From an uncultured Bacteriovoracaceae bacterium (lineage in GTDB: Bacteria > Bdellovibrionota > UBA2394), in contig CAZRCG010000001.1 of NCBI GenBank assembly GCA_964598565.1, positions 276,905-340,904 on the forward strand: DNA of 64,000 bases. The letters are read 5' to 3'. The position numbers and the translations under genes were made by a program. The notes beneath the pieces are model-generated. The model was given only the letters and a program-made list of their open reading frames with translations, did not search any database and was not told where the DNA came from. This document shows positions 9,508 through 19,815 of the stretch, one piece after another. The stretch's first letter is position 1. Each line of letters starts with the position of its first letter.

Positions 9508-10470
9508 GTGCGCATGCCTCTCAATCGCTACGATATCGTCACCACCACCGCGGGGGCGTTGTCTATCATCGATCGCAGCGTCAACGAGATCATGCATAAT
9601 CCGGTGGGGCCCTGGGTCGAAGCTAACGCGCTCTATGTTGATCAAGCACAGGTGAAACAAAATCTGTTAGCTCGATACGGCGGCGACACCAACGAGGCAG
9701 GCGAGTTATACAAATTAGACGAGGCAGGCGAGTTATACAAATCAAACGAAGGGCTCGCCTTAGAAGACTTGGACAACTTGAGCGACATAGATGACCTAGT
9801 GATCTTTGATGTTGGCCTCGGTGCAGCCGCCAATGCCTTGGCGACTTTGCACTGTTTGAAAAATATTGAAAACCAGCGCCGCCGAAAACTACGACTCATC
9901 AGTTTCGAAAAGAATTTAGATCTTCTGATATTCGCCAGGCAGCACGTCGAGGCATTTCCGCACTTTCACCCATTTACCGACGCTGTCGATAGCCTGCTGA
10001 AGAATCATCACTGGCACGAAAGTTCATTTTCGTGGGAGCTTCGCCACGGAGATTTTTTAGAAGCGATCGCCCGCGAAACAGAACGACCGCATCTCATTTT
10101 TTTTGATCCTTATTCTCCCAAGGTGAACCCCGACATGTGGTCGACCAAGGTATTTGAAGCACTGTATCGCACGTGTCGCCAGAGCTCTGAACCCGAGCCC
10201 AGCCGCCTCTATACTTACAGTCTCGCAACCCCCATCCGAGTCGCATTGTTCCAAGCGGGATTTTTCGTCGGTCAGGGTAGCGCCACGGGCCTAAAATCTG
10301 AAACGACCCAAGCCTCGACATCTCTCCACGCGCTTTCCCAACCTTTAGGAAAGCGCTGGCTTGAGCGGTGGTCTAAATCACAGAGTCCCCTGCCCCTGGG
10401 GGCTGAGCCTCAAGAAAAGGAGGCAATTTGTACTATGATTTTGAATCATCCTCAGTTTCGGATGCCATAG
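9508..10470 (+). CDS. MnmC-like (DUF752) tRNA mnm5s2U-biosynthesis methyltransferase-domain protein
   Basis: Matches the MnmC N-terminal methyltransferase domain (…ISFEKN…; FFDPYSPKVNPDMWSTKVF versus E. coli LDGFAPAKNPDMWTQNLF). It contains a 27-bp perfect tandem duplication at 9694-9747 encoding EAGELYKLD/EAGELYKSN. Confidence 0.7.
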   Translation: MRMPLNRYDIVTTTAGALSIIDRSVNEIMHNPVGPWVEANALYVDQAQVKQNLLARYGGDTNEAGELYKLDEAGELYKSNEGLALEDLDNLSDIDDLVIFDVGLGAAANALATLHCLKNIENQRRRKLRLISFEKNLDLLIFARQHVEAFPHFHPFTDAVDSLLKNHHWHESSFSWELRHGDFLEAIARETERPHLIFFDPYSPKVNPDMWSTKVFEALYRTCRQSSEPEPSRLYTYSLATPIRVALFQAGFFVGQGSATGLKSETTQASTSLHALSQPLGKRWLERWSKSQSPLPLGAEPQEKEAICTMILNHPQFRMP

Positions 10471-10520
10471 GTCAAGGAAGCTTTCTTGATTCTGGCTTTT
10501 CTTTGGTCTCTAATGAGGCC

Positions 10521-11450
10521 ATGAAGTTTCTCTGGCTAATATTCGTGCTGACTTTTGGTAGTGCTTCACTCTTTGCAAAGAACAGCGTGACCGAGACCCA
10601 GAAAGAGCCCTCGAGCTCTTCGAGACTTGTGGTATCGAGTGACGCACTTGTGACGGCCAATGAAGTTTATGACACAATCGTCGTCGTCGCCGGACATCTC
10701 GATATGTTTGGAAAGACCGATACATTGGTCGTTGTTGCAGGCAAGGCTTCACTAAAGAGAGGCTCCGAAATTCGAGACAGTGCCGTCGTCGTTGGCGGAA
10801 CACTTGATCAAGAAGAAGGGGCCTTACTGCCCAAAGACGGTATTCAGGGGATCGGATCTTCAATCACCGATGCCTCTGGAGTTGCGTCAAGCTCCCGATG
10901 GAGAGATTGGGTGGTCAAAGAATGGAATTGGGACAACTCAAAATTTGACAATGTCATCGCTCTTCTTGGTTTTATCTTTAAAATCACAATCGCAGCCATC
11001 GCTCTGCTTGTTCTGTTTTCGCTTTTATTCATGGCGCCACGTTTTACAGAGAGGCCCCAAAGCATTTTAAAAAGCCAGCCATGGAAGTCTTTTTTCCTGG
11101 GTCTCTTAGCAAGCTTCGGAATTATTCCCTTATGTGTATTGTTGGCCATTACAGTGATTGGCATTCTGGTAATTCCGTTTGTCGGCTTTTTCTATATGCT
11201 CGCTTTTTTAATTGGCTTGCTAGCTGTCTGTCATCTGGTTGGCGCCATAATTTTAGGCGACAATGCGACACGATGGATTTCTGCCTTGGTGGGTTTGGTG
11301 GCGATATTGGCGGCCTCGATGATTCCCATTTTCGGAGAATTTATCATTTTTGTTTTGGGTGCGACAGGCGTGGGTGCCACCCTTTTGGCGTTTATTGAAA
11401 AACGCCGTAACGTCGTCACCGTCAGAGACTATGTAAGTTATCAGATTTAA
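10521..11450 (+). CDS. hypothetical membrane protein (N-terminal signal or TM segment, beta-strand-rich periplasmic region, C-terminal multi-TM domain)
   Basis: The start is placed at the internal ATG at 10521 (MKFLWLIFVLTFGSASLFA, a signal-peptide-like segment preceded by a GAGG). The track ORF starts at 10428. The C-terminal ~150 aa form 4-5 hydrophobic helices. Confidence 0.5.
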   Translation: MKFLWLIFVLTFGSASLFAKNSVTETQKEPSSSSRLVVSSDALVTANEVYDTIVVVAGHLDMFGKTDTLVVVAGKASLKRGSEIRDSAVVVGGTLDQEEGALLPKDGIQGIGSSITDASGVASSSRWRDWVVKEWNWDNSKFDNVIALLGFIFKITIAAIALLVLFSLLFMAPRFTERPQSILKSQPWKSFFLGLLASFGIIPLCVLLAITVIGILVIPFVGFFYMLAFLIGLLAVCHLVGAIILGDNATRWISALVGLVAILAASMIPIFGEFIIFVLGATGVGATLLAFIEKRRNVVTVRDYVSYQI

Positions 11451-11640
11451 TTCGATTTACGGCGCTGGCCTCTCTGGTGATCGTCAAACCTTCGATAGTC
11501 TATCGAGCCCCCACCCTTCTTGATATTCTAATGCTGCATCGCATCACGCGGTGTCTTAGCGTCGCCCTTTGGATAGGGCTGTTAGCGTCGCAAGGCGCAC
11601 TTCCATGGTGGGGAGAGATTCGGGAAACGGGAGGCTCGTT

Positions 11641-12453
11641 GTGCAAATTTCATCTTTTAATTCTGGTCGTCTACTTCAACAGACAAATAAAAAACTAAAT
11701 AGTCTCTACAATCAATTATCGTCGGGTAAGCGTGCTAGCTCTGCGAAGGACGATCCATCTGCTCTCGCCCTAGTAAATTCATTAGACGCTTCATCGCGTG
11801 GTCTTGAAGCAGCCAATCGTAGCATCACCTATGCAAAAGGCGCTCTCAATACAGCTGAGTCGGGCTTAAGTCAGCAAGCTGAAAGTCTACAGCGGGCGCG
11901 TGAGCTAGCGTTGCAGGCGTCAAACGGAACTCTATCTGACCAAGACCGCAGCAATCTTCAAAAAGAATTTAGCCAGGTCGTCGAAGGCATTGATGCCACA
12001 AGCTCTCAGACATCGTTTGCGGGAAAAAACTTGCTCGATGGTAGTTTTCAGACCTCTGTTTTAGTGGGTTCGAATGGCCAAAGCACAGATGTGAATTTAG
12101 ATTCATCCTCGTCAGAGAGTCTCGGCCTTTCTTCATTGAACCTCTCGACACAAGGCGATGCGGCCGATTCGTTAGAGGCCATCGATGCAGCACTCGCGCA
12201 AGTCAATTCTCAACAAGCGGAGATAGGCGCTAAACAAAACGCGCTCGAATTTACCTCGAATGCCAATGCCGTGCAGGCTGAAAATCTCGCGGCTGCCAAG
12301 TCGACCGCTGGGGATGCTGATCTCGCGGATACTCTGTCGGCCGTTAAGCGAGAAGAGGTACTGATGCAGGCTCAGATTTCAAGTTTTACACTTCAAAATA
12401 AGGCTGCGAAAAATAAGAACCAAGCACTGTTTAAGAACGAGGCAAAAATCTAG
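11641..12453 (+). CDS. fliC: flagellin (short, ~270 aa FliC-family)
   Basis: The N-terminal conserved region LSSGKRASSAKDDPSALAL…QRARELALQASNGT…FAGKNLLDGSF and the C-terminal region (…EIGAKQNALEF…ENLAAAKS…) match the flagellin D0/D1 helices. The likely start is GTG at 11641 with GGGAGG 7 nt upstream, giving MQISSFNSG…. The track ORF begins at 11569 with non-flagellin sequence. Confidence 0.8.
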   Translation: MQISSFNSGRLLQQTNKKLNSLYNQLSSGKRASSAKDDPSALALVNSLDASSRGLEAANRSITYAKGALNTAESGLSQQAESLQRARELALQASNGTLSDQDRSNLQKEFSQVVEGIDATSSQTSFAGKNLLDGSFQTSVLVGSNGQSTDVNLDSSSSESLGLSSLNLSTQGDAADSLEAIDAALAQVNSQQAEIGAKQNALEFTSNANAVQAENLAAAKSTAGDADLADTLSAVKREEVLMQAQISSFTLQNKAAKNKNQALFKNEAKI

Positions 12454-12465
12454 AGAGCTTTTCCA

Positions 12466-13173
12466 CTAGAGATCTTTTCCACTGCTGACAGGTTTAATAT
12501 CGGAGCGTCTCTGACTTTCGACGATTTTAACCTCAATCTTGCTCCAACCCTTCACCACAAAAAAGGCGACAAGAGTCGACTTAAGAAAATGGCCCAAAAA
12601 TACACAGGCGAGCGCTGAAAAAATAGACAACTCTCGAATGGCGGCATGGGCATTCACCTGCACATCGGCGAGCCCGATAATGGCTGTGATCATCTGGGTG
12701 GGCAGACCCATGATCGCCCCCACAAAACCGGCCCAATTGCCATATTGATGAACTGCCTTCATGGCTTCTTCCCAGAAGGCCTGCAAGTGAAAAAACTCAA
12801 TCACAGACATCAAGGATTTTTGAGGAATTAACGTGCCCAATAAATAAGTCGTCGCATTATTCAGAGTGGCGCCAATAGGAAACAAAATAGCAAAGAGAAA
12901 CCAGCGCGCAGGGCTAATGGTGACACAGGCCACCATGCAAAGCGTCGAGGGAACGACCATCACAAAACCATCTAAAAAAAATAGAAGAAACAGAAAAAAA
13001 GGTAGTCGATGTGAGTGACGATGCCTTCGGGTAAAGCGAAGCCAAGAGACAAAAATACGTCGTTCCCAAAGTTTAACGCCCTTCTTCTTCTGAGGTCGCA
13101 CATGATGAGTCTTATTCTTCACTTTAAAATTTCTCTCCTTGCTTAGCACTCGCTCGTCGCTCCAAACAGGCAA
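12466..13173 (-). CDS. polytopic inner-membrane protein (DedA/YqaA-like), start uncertain
   Basis: A basic N-terminal region is followed by about five hydrophobic helices. It weakly resembles the YqaA/DedA SNARE-associated family. The 5' end overlaps the rimK 3' end if the longest ORF is used. Confidence 0.45.
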   Translation of the reverse strand: MPVWSDERVLSKERNFKVKNKTHHVRPQKKKGVKLWERRIFVSWLRFTRRHRHSHRLPFFLFLLFFLDGFVMVVPSTLCMVACVTISPARWFLFAILFPIGATLNNATTYLLGTLIPQKSLMSVIEFFHLQAFWEEAMKAVHQYGNWAGFVGAIMGLPTQMITAIIGLADVQVNAHAAIRELSIFSALACVFLGHFLKSTLVAFFVVKGWSKIEVKIVESQRRSDIKPVSSGKDL

Positions 13174-14020
13174 TCATTGCTGAGGCAATGTCTTCGCCCG
13201 ATACTCTTTCAATAGCCTCGAGCCCCGGGGAAGAATTCACTTCCAATATAAGAGGTCCATCGTTCGATTCAATTAAATCGACACCCGCGATATCAAGACC
13301 GAACGCTCGAGCTGCCGCCACAGCTAAACCCGCGGTCGTTTCGTCGATATCATAGGGCTCGGCAATACCACCCTGATGAATATTCGAGCGAAACTCCAAT
13401 TTATTATTGGCGCGACGTCTCATTGATGCCACGACACGATCCTCCACCACAAGAGCACGAATATCAGAACTTGAGGCTTCTTCGACAAACTTTTGAACAA
13501 GAATATTTTGTTTGGCCGTATGCATGAGTTCTATCAAAGCCTGTGCAGTCGCTCGATCTCTAGCCAAGACGACTCCCGCCCCTTGGGTACCTTCGAGAAG
13601 TTTGATAACAACGGGCACTCCACCGACCGAATCAATGGCTCGTAGAATCTCTTCCCTCCGTCGCACTAAGACCGTGGCTGGCAAAGGCAGGCCTTGGCGC
13701 GAAAGCATCTGTGACGCTCGAAATTTGTCGCGACTACAGGCAATGGCCACCGATGAGTTGACGGTCGGAATACCCATTTCTTCAAATTGTCGAACCACAG
13801 CCAAGCCAAAGGCCGTAATCGAAACCCCAATGCGTGCCAACACCGCATCCGATCGCTCTACGGGCCTTCCCAAAAAATCTAAACCAGCGCCCTTACGAAT
13901 ATGCACCGTAAATTTTAACGGATCACAAATGGCAACCGTATGACCCCGCCGTTGAGCCGTATCAAACAGCCGTTCGGTCGAATAGAGACTCGCATTACGA
14001 GACAGAAGCGTGAAATGCAT
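13124..14020 (-). CDS. rimK: RimK-family alpha-L-glutamate ligase (ATP-grasp)
   Basis: 298 aa with the ATP-grasp fold. The C-terminal LIEVNSSPGLEGIE-like motif is present as ILEVNSSPGLEAIE. Confidence 0.85.
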   Translation of the reverse strand: MHFTLLSRNASLYSTERLFDTAQRRGHTVAICDPLKFTVHIRKGAGLDFLGRPVERSDAVLARIGVSITAFGLAVVRQFEEMGIPTVNSSVAIACSRDKFRASQMLSRQGLPLPATVLVRRREEILRAIDSVGGVPVVIKLLEGTQGAGVVLARDRATAQALIELMHTAKQNILVQKFVEEASSSDIRALVVEDRVVASMRRRANNKLEFRSNIHQGGIAEPYDIDETTAGLAVAAARAFGLDIAGVDLIESNDGPLILEVNSSPGLEAIERVSGEDIASAMIACLERRASAKQGEKF

Positions 14021-14076
14021 TTCTGTTCCATTCTACCGAAGCTTTGAAATCTTCGCTCTTCCTACATCGGCAATCT

Positions 14077-15177
14077 TTAAGCGACGTCGACCTCTTTACA
14101 TAAATAAACCGATTGAATGGCCTGTAAGAGCTTGACGCCTTCAGCAAACGGTTTCTGAAAGGCCTTTCGCCCGGAAATCAGCCCCATGCCCCCTGCGCGC
14201 TTATTGATGACAGAAGTTTTAATCGCTTCGGCAATATCATTCTTACCACTCGCGCCGCCCGAATTGATGAGGCCAGCCCGGCCCATATAACCATTGGCCA
14301 CCTGATAACGCGTCCATTCAATGGGATGGTCGGGACAAAGCTGTGTATAAATGCGATCGTCCGTTTTTCCGTAAGACGAGCCCGACGCCATATTCAATGC
14401 CCTAAAGCCTCCGTTATTCTCCGGGAGCTTTTGTTTGATGATATCGGCTTCAAGCGTCACACCCAAATGATTGGCCTGACCCGAAAGATCGGCACTCAAA
14501 TGATAATCTACACCGTCTTTCTTAAAACCATTGTTTCTTAGATAGCACCAGAGAACGGTAAACATGCCTAGTTCATGAGCCACGCGAAAGGCCTCGCCAA
14601 TCTCAACGATCTGGCGACGCGATTCCGGCGATCCAAAATAAATGGTCGCCCCAACACCCGCGCATCCCATTGAATAGGCGCTTTTCACGTTCGCAAAGAG
14701 CGTTTGATCAAAGGTATTGGGATAAGAAAGCAGTTCATTATGGTTAAGCTTTAAAATGAAGGGGATTTTATGGGCGTATTTTCGAGCTACCGAACCTAAG
14801 ACGCCGTAAGTCGACGCCACGGCGTTACAACCCCCTTCTAAAGCCAATCGACAAATATTATCGGGGTCAAAATAGTCAGGATTTGGCGCAAACGAGGCCC
14901 CAGCCGAGTGCTCGATGCCTTGGTCAATAGGAAGAATGGATACATAGCCCGTGCCACCCAAATTCCCATGGTCAAAAAGGCTCTGTAAGCTCCTTAAAAC
15001 CTGGGGAGAACGGTCAGACAGCACCATAGTGCGATCGACGAAATCGGGGCCGGGAAGGTTTAATTTTTCTTTGGCAATTCCTTTACAACGGTAGTCGAGA
15101 AGAGTCTCATCGGACTGTAGTAAAGAGCGAATTTGGCCAAGACTAAGCGGATTTTCAAAATGAAAGGCGTTGATCAT
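14077..15177 (-). CDS. class I fructose-bisphosphate aldolase (DhnA/FbaB type)
   Basis: 366 aa. It is similar to E. coli FbaB/DhnA-family class I aldolases (…[11 protein letters not shown]…KLNH…), and has the right size. Confidence 0.75.
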   Translation of the reverse strand: MINAFHFENPLSLGQIRSLLQSDETLLDYRCKGIAKEKLNLPGPDFVDRTMVLSDRSPQVLRSLQSLFDHGNLGGTGYVSILPIDQGIEHSAGASFAPNPDYFDPDNICRLALEGGCNAVASTYGVLGSVARKYAHKIPFILKLNHNELLSYPNTFDQTLFANVKSAYSMGCAGVGATIYFGSPESRRQIVEIGEAFRVAHELGMFTVLWCYLRNNGFKKDGVDYHLSADLSGQANHLGVTLEADIIKQKLPENNGGFRALNMASGSSYGKTDDRIYTQLCPDHPIEWTRYQVANGYMGRAGLINSGGASGKNDIAEAIKTSVINKRAGGMGLISGRKAFQKPFAEGVKLLQAIQSVYLCKEVDVA

Positions 15178-15243
15178 TTTTCATATCTAAACTATTGGTT
15201 TTGAAAGTTAAATAGTTATCAAGAAAGGCTTGAGGTTCACTGA

Positions 15244-15867
15244 ATGAGATCTAAATCGAGTACGGTTAAGAAGTATCGAATGCAACGACGTTTGAATTGT
15301 GATTTGCCGGGCCTCGGCAAAACGGGAGCGCTTGAGCGCCGGCCCTTTGCCCCTGGTCAACATGGCTCCGCTCGTCGAAAAATGTCGGAATACGGTCTTC
15401 GCCTATCTGAGAAGCAAAAGCTTGTTTCTCACTACCAGCTGACTGAAAATCAGCTACAGCGCTTTGTGAAAGACGCTCGTCGTGCCGAAGTGAACTGGAT
15501 TTCTGAGCTGTCGCGCCGACTCGAGCTTCGTCTCGATAATTTAGTATTTCGCCTTCAGTGGGCCACGTCGATGAGAGCCGCCCGGCAGTTAGTTCGCCAT
15601 GGTCATATCTTGTTGAATGGCAAAAAAGCGAATATCGGCTCGATATTGGTGAATGTAGGCGATTCCTTAGCGGTAGCTGAAAGCTCTAAAGAGCATCCTT
15701 CGGTACTGCAAGGTCAAAGTTCTCCAAGACTCGATCTGCCCGCTTTTGTGGAACGCGCTGAACCTTTGAAAGCGAAGGTAGTGGCTCAACCGACCACCGC
15801 CGATGTTCCATTTGCTTATGCAGACCGACTCATCGCTGAGTACTACGCCACACGCGGAAAGAAATAA
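15244..15867 (+). CDS. rpsD: 30S ribosomal protein S4
   Basis: 207 aa with the S4 N-terminal KYRMQRRL…LPGLG… segment and the S4 RNA-binding domain (RLDNLVFRL…). Confidence 0.92.
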   Translation: MRSKSSTVKKYRMQRRLNCDLPGLGKTGALERRPFAPGQHGSARRKMSEYGLRLSEKQKLVSHYQLTENQLQRFVKDARRAEVNWISELSRRLELRLDNLVFRLQWATSMRAARQLVRHGHILLNGKKANIGSILVNVGDSLAVAESSKEHPSVLQGQSSPRLDLPAFVERAEPLKAKVVAQPTTADVPFAYADRLIAEYYATRGKK

Positions 15868-15905
15868 AACCTCTACAAAACGGGGGCGGCTTCCTACTCT
15901 CCAGT

Positions 15906-17219
15906 TTAGCTTCCCACTCTAACGGCTTCTTTTTTTTTAGAGTCCTGCCTTTCAGACGAAGACGTCTTGTAGACAGAGCGCACGGCATTGCGTCGACTGT
16001 TGCGACGAGGTTTACGTTGATTCTCTTGACCATAAGCCTTTTGTCCCAGGTCCGCTAAGTGCTGATTCAGCTGTCTTGGAATAACGATATCTCGACCCGG
16101 ACGCAAATCTCGAGCGGTTTTAAGATTGTTGGCCTTCAAAATATTTTTCTGGGAAACACGATAGATAGCAGAGAGCCGAGCCAATGTATCACCGCGGCGT
16201 ATGCGGTGAGCGGTATAACCAGCCTTGTCATCATCGGTAAAAGAATTAAGAGCCATCATGAATTGATGAGAGGTGCCTGAAGGAACCCTCAACTCATAGG
16301 CCTCTACCGCGGGAGGTGTCACCGGATGATTGAGCTCCGGATTCATATCCATAATAGCTTCTAAATCGACATTGGCCTTTTGCGACAACGTGAAAAGATT
16401 TATCGGAAAAGGAACGATGACTTTGTCGTATTCGAGCGGCGACTCATACTGAATATTTACAAAACCATATTTCGCCGGCTCCTTAGCAATCAATGCAGCG
16501 GCAATCATCTTGGGAACATAATTCCGGGTTTCGGGCTTAAGATATTTTCCTTTAGTTAGCTCCCAAAAATCTTCGGTCTTATAACGTCGAATTGCTCTTT
16601 GCACTTTACCAGAACCTGCATTGTAGGCGGCTGCCGCCAATTTCCACGATTGAAACTGATCATAAAGATCTTTCAAGTGTCGCGCTGCCGCGATACTTGA
16701 CTTCTCAGGATCACGACGCTCATCGACCCAAAAATCAGACCGCAATCCGTAGATTCTACCGGTGGCTTTCATGAACTGCCAAGGCCCTACGGCGCGCGCA
16801 CGCGAATACGCTCGCGCACTAAATCCTGACTCGATCATCGCAAGGTTTACTAAGTCTTCAGGCAAACCATGATCGCGCAAAATTTTTCTCATAAAGGGCA
16901 CATACTTCCCCGATCGCTCCAGCCAAATAGACATCCACTTACGACCACGACCCTGAAAATAATCGAGCCATACTTCTACTTTCGCATTACGAACCACGGG
17001 AATATCAAAAGTGGGAAGTTCTCCCTTTTCGGCCGCTTCAGCTTCTTCATCGAAAATAATAGGATTGGCAGGTTCTGCAATCGGCGTAGAACGTTTGGCA
17101 ACGACTGCATTCTTCGATGCGCAGGATGTCATACCAACAACACTCAAAAGAAACGCCCCCCACATGAACAGGGGGCGATTCATCTTTGACCACGAAGAGA
17201 ACACTGCATGAGAGACCAT
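15906..17219 (-). CDS. membrane-bound lytic murein transglycosylase with LysM domain (MltD-like lipoprotein)
   Basis: Lipoprotein signal (…VVGMTSCA), SLT catalytic domain (ESGFSARAYSRARAVGPWQFM) and a C-terminal LysM (YTAHRIRRGDTLARLSAIYRVS). Confidence 0.85.
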   Translation of the reverse strand: MVSHAVFSSWSKMNRPLFMWGAFLLSVVGMTSCASKNAVVAKRSTPIAEPANPIIFDEEAEAAEKGELPTFDIPVVRNAKVEVWLDYFQGRGRKWMSIWLERSGKYVPFMRKILRDHGLPEDLVNLAMIESGFSARAYSRARAVGPWQFMKATGRIYGLRSDFWVDERRDPEKSSIAAARHLKDLYDQFQSWKLAAAAYNAGSGKVQRAIRRYKTEDFWELTKGKYLKPETRNYVPKMIAAALIAKEPAKYGFVNIQYESPLEYDKVIVPFPINLFTLSQKANVDLEAIMDMNPELNHPVTPPAVEAYELRVPSGTSHQFMMALNSFTDDDKAGYTAHRIRRGDTLARLSAIYRVSQKNILKANNLKTARDLRPGRDIVIPRQLNQHLADLGQKAYGQENQRKPRRNSRRNAVRSVYKTSSSERQDSKKKEAVRVGS

Positions 17220-17275
17220 GGTCCATTCTAAAAAGCTAAAGCCGCATGGTCAAACCAATTGCAGCGCAGACGAAC

Positions 17276-18079
17276 TCATTTCCAGTGCTGACGGAGAGCG
17301 TCAAACAGTGCGACGGGCACAGCCGTCACCACTCTCAAAATGGGCACGGGATAATGACAAAAATACCATCGTCTTTCTTGCGCTATAGCACGCTCTCGCG
17401 GCGACCAACCACCCTCGGGGCCCACCAAGACAGCCTCCACTTTATTGCTCAGAATGGTTGCGACGTTACCAGTGACGACACTCGTTAACTGACTACTGTC
17501 GACGCGCCGCACCCGACTACCCTCGAGGCCTTCGTCTGCAGGGGCTTCATCCATAAACGCTACGGGCCCATCAAAATTAAGTGTGTCGATTTTTTCTGCG
17601 GATGCGATAACAAGGGGCCGGGGTCGTCCAGACTGACGCATACTTTCTTTTGCAATTCGCTCCGCTCGCGAAAGAACTTTTTTAATTCTTGAAGCATATG
17701 CCTGGCAACGATCCCCATCAAACAAAAGAAGCCTCTCGACGCCAAGCTCGGTAGCTGAACGCACCACCGACTCAAGTGCTGAAAGCTCAGGCAATGCCAT
17801 AGCCAATGTCAACGGATAGACTCTGTAAGGCGAAAGCCCCTGTTGTTCGATACGAAATCCCTCCGCCTCGAGAACACCGCGCGCCCACTGCCCTTGAAAA
17901 TTAAAAACTTCTATGGTCTCACCGGGTTTCTGTCGCTGAACCCGCAGATACTGCAACTCATCTTTCGATAGTCGAATCAAGCGGGCCGACTTAAATGCCT
18001 CTGCCAAATCGTCTTCTACATACACTCGAATCATTCGAAGCCAAACCCTCTCTGTCGAAGCGCCAGCACACGCCGTCAA
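17276..18079 (-). CDS. rsmE: 16S rRNA (uracil1498-N3)-methyltransferase RsmE family
   Basis: 267 aa. The RsmE-like N-terminal PUA-like segment (RVYVEDDL…) and SPOUT C-terminal region (LVGPEGGWSPRE) are present. Confidence 0.75.
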   Translation of the reverse strand: MTACAGASTERVWLRMIRVYVEDDLAEAFKSARLIRLSKDELQYLRVQRQKPGETIEVFNFQGQWARGVLEAEGFRIEQQGLSPYRVYPLTLAMALPELSALESVVRSATELGVERLLLFDGDRCQAYASRIKKVLSRAERIAKESMRQSGRPRPLVIASAEKIDTLNFDGPVAFMDEAPADEGLEGSRVRRVDSSQLTSVVTGNVATILSNKVEAVLVGPEGGWSPRERAIAQERRWYFCHYPVPILRVVTAVPVALFDALRQHWK

Positions 18080-18144
18080 CGCGCACTCTAATTGCCATTG
18101 AATTCACGTGACCCGCAGGTCTTAAAGTCATTTAATAACCTGGA

Positions 18145-19815
18145 ATGACAGAAATTTCATCGAATCTTTCAAATTCTAGCTCTCTCTTTTTGTTGCCCTT
18201 GGGTGGACTCGGAGAGATTGGCATGAATCTCATGACCGTCATCTATAAGAAGCGGGCCTTTCTTATTGATTGCGGACTCATGTTTCCAGATGCCTCCACT
18301 CCTGGAGTAGACATTATTGTTCCTCGAATTGATTTTTTTAAAGACGAAGGGATTGAGATCGACGGCATTGTGCTTACTCATGGTCATGAAGATCATATCG
18401 GCGCTCTTGGATACTTGCTCGAAGATCTGAACTTTCCTCCCATATGGGGAACGCCCTTTACTCTGGCCCTGGTGGAAGAACGTCTTAAGCAGGTGGGCCT
18501 TCTAAAAAAAGCAACCCTCAAGGCTATCAAGCCGCCGCAAACATTTACGATTGGACCTCACCGATTTCGCACGGCCCAAGTCACTCATAGCGTCGTAGAC
18601 TCGATGGGGCTCATCATCGATACCCCTATTGGAACCCTTGTTCATTCTGGCGACTTCAAAATGGAGAAAGAGCCTCTCGACGGAAAAAACTTCGATGAGA
18701 ACGCTTTTCGAAAGGCCGGGGCGGAGGGCGTTACATTATTACTCTCTGATTCTACGAATATCGAACGCCCGGGATGGAGCCGCCCTGAAAAAGAGGTCTC
18801 GGTGGCACTGAAAGACGTTTTTAAATCGATTCGCAGTGGAAAGATAATTGTAGGGGTATTCGCTTCGAACATTCACCGAGTTCAACAAATTCATGATGCC
18901 GCCATTCATGCCAGACGCAAGATTGCTTTTCTTGGGCGTTCCATGTTGACCAATATTGAGATTGCTGAACGACTAGGGCATCTCAAATTGCAACAACGCC
19001 ATGTCATTCAAGCAAAAGAGATCGAGCGCTATAATGCGCAAGAAATTGTTCTCTGCGTTACCGGCACGCAGGCCGAGCCTCGTTCGGTGCTCTACCGCCT
19101 AAGTCTGAACGACCACCATGAGTGCCGCATTCTTGAAGGCGATACCGTCGTCTTTTCGTCACGGCATATTCCAGGCAACGAAAGAAATATCTCGCATCTT
19201 GTAAATAATCTCTACCGCCGAGGGGCCATGGTGATTGACAGTGATATGGCGGCTGTTCACGCCTCGGGTCATGCTTATCGCGAAGAGCAGAAGCTTTTAT
19301 TAGAGTGGACTCGCCCTAAGCTGTTTCTGCCTGTACACGGTGAGTACCGAATGCTGGTTAAACATCTGGCGCTCGCTAAAGAGACCCTCGCCGACGTTCA
19401 AGGCATTGTGGCTGAAAATGGCGATCTTATAGAAGTCACGAAAGATCGGATTTCGATCGTAGGAAAAGCCCCGTCTGGAAAAGTATTTTTAGACGAAGCG
19501 GCTGGTGATCTTCACGAGGAACTCATTCGTGACCGACTTCAAATGGCGCATACAGGACTGGTGGTTTTAAGCGTTGTCATAGATGGTCGCCGAGGAAAAA
19601 TTATTGAAGGCCCCAATTTTGATATTCGTGGCATCAGCGACTTTGATACCGACGAGCTGCGACAAGAGGTCACGCAGCGACTCCTCGAGCTATCGCGAGA
19701 AGCCCGAGGCGATGAAATTGAGGTTCAGGAAGAACTGAGACGAAGTGTGCGTCGATTTTTTAGGCGAACGAGCGGGGTAAAACCTGTAGTAATTCCGCTT
19801 GTTTACGAAGTGTAA
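18145..19815 (+). CDS. rnj: ribonuclease J
   Basis: 556 aa with the metallo-beta-lactamase motif THGHEDHIG, a beta-CASP domain and the RNase J C-terminal domain. Confidence 0.9.
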   Translation: MTEISSNLSNSSSLFLLPLGGLGEIGMNLMTVIYKKRAFLIDCGLMFPDASTPGVDIIVPRIDFFKDEGIEIDGIVLTHGHEDHIGALGYLLEDLNFPPIWGTPFTLALVEERLKQVGLLKKATLKAIKPPQTFTIGPHRFRTAQVTHSVVDSMGLIIDTPIGTLVHSGDFKMEKEPLDGKNFDENAFRKAGAEGVTLLLSDSTNIERPGWSRPEKEVSVALKDVFKSIRSGKIIVGVFASNIHRVQQIHDAAIHARRKIAFLGRSMLTNIEIAERLGHLKLQQRHVIQAKEIERYNAQEIVLCVTGTQAEPRSVLYRLSLNDHHECRILEGDTVVFSSRHIPGNERNISHLVNNLYRRGAMVIDSDMAAVHASGHAYREEQKLLLEWTRPKLFLPVHGEYRMLVKHLALAKETLADVQGIVAENGDLIEVTKDRISIVGKAPSGKVFLDEAAGDLHEELIRDRLQMAHTGLVVLSVVIDGRRGKIIEGPNFDIRGISDFDTDELRQEVTQRLLELSREARGDEIEVQEELRRSVRRFFRRTSGVKPVVIPLVYEV

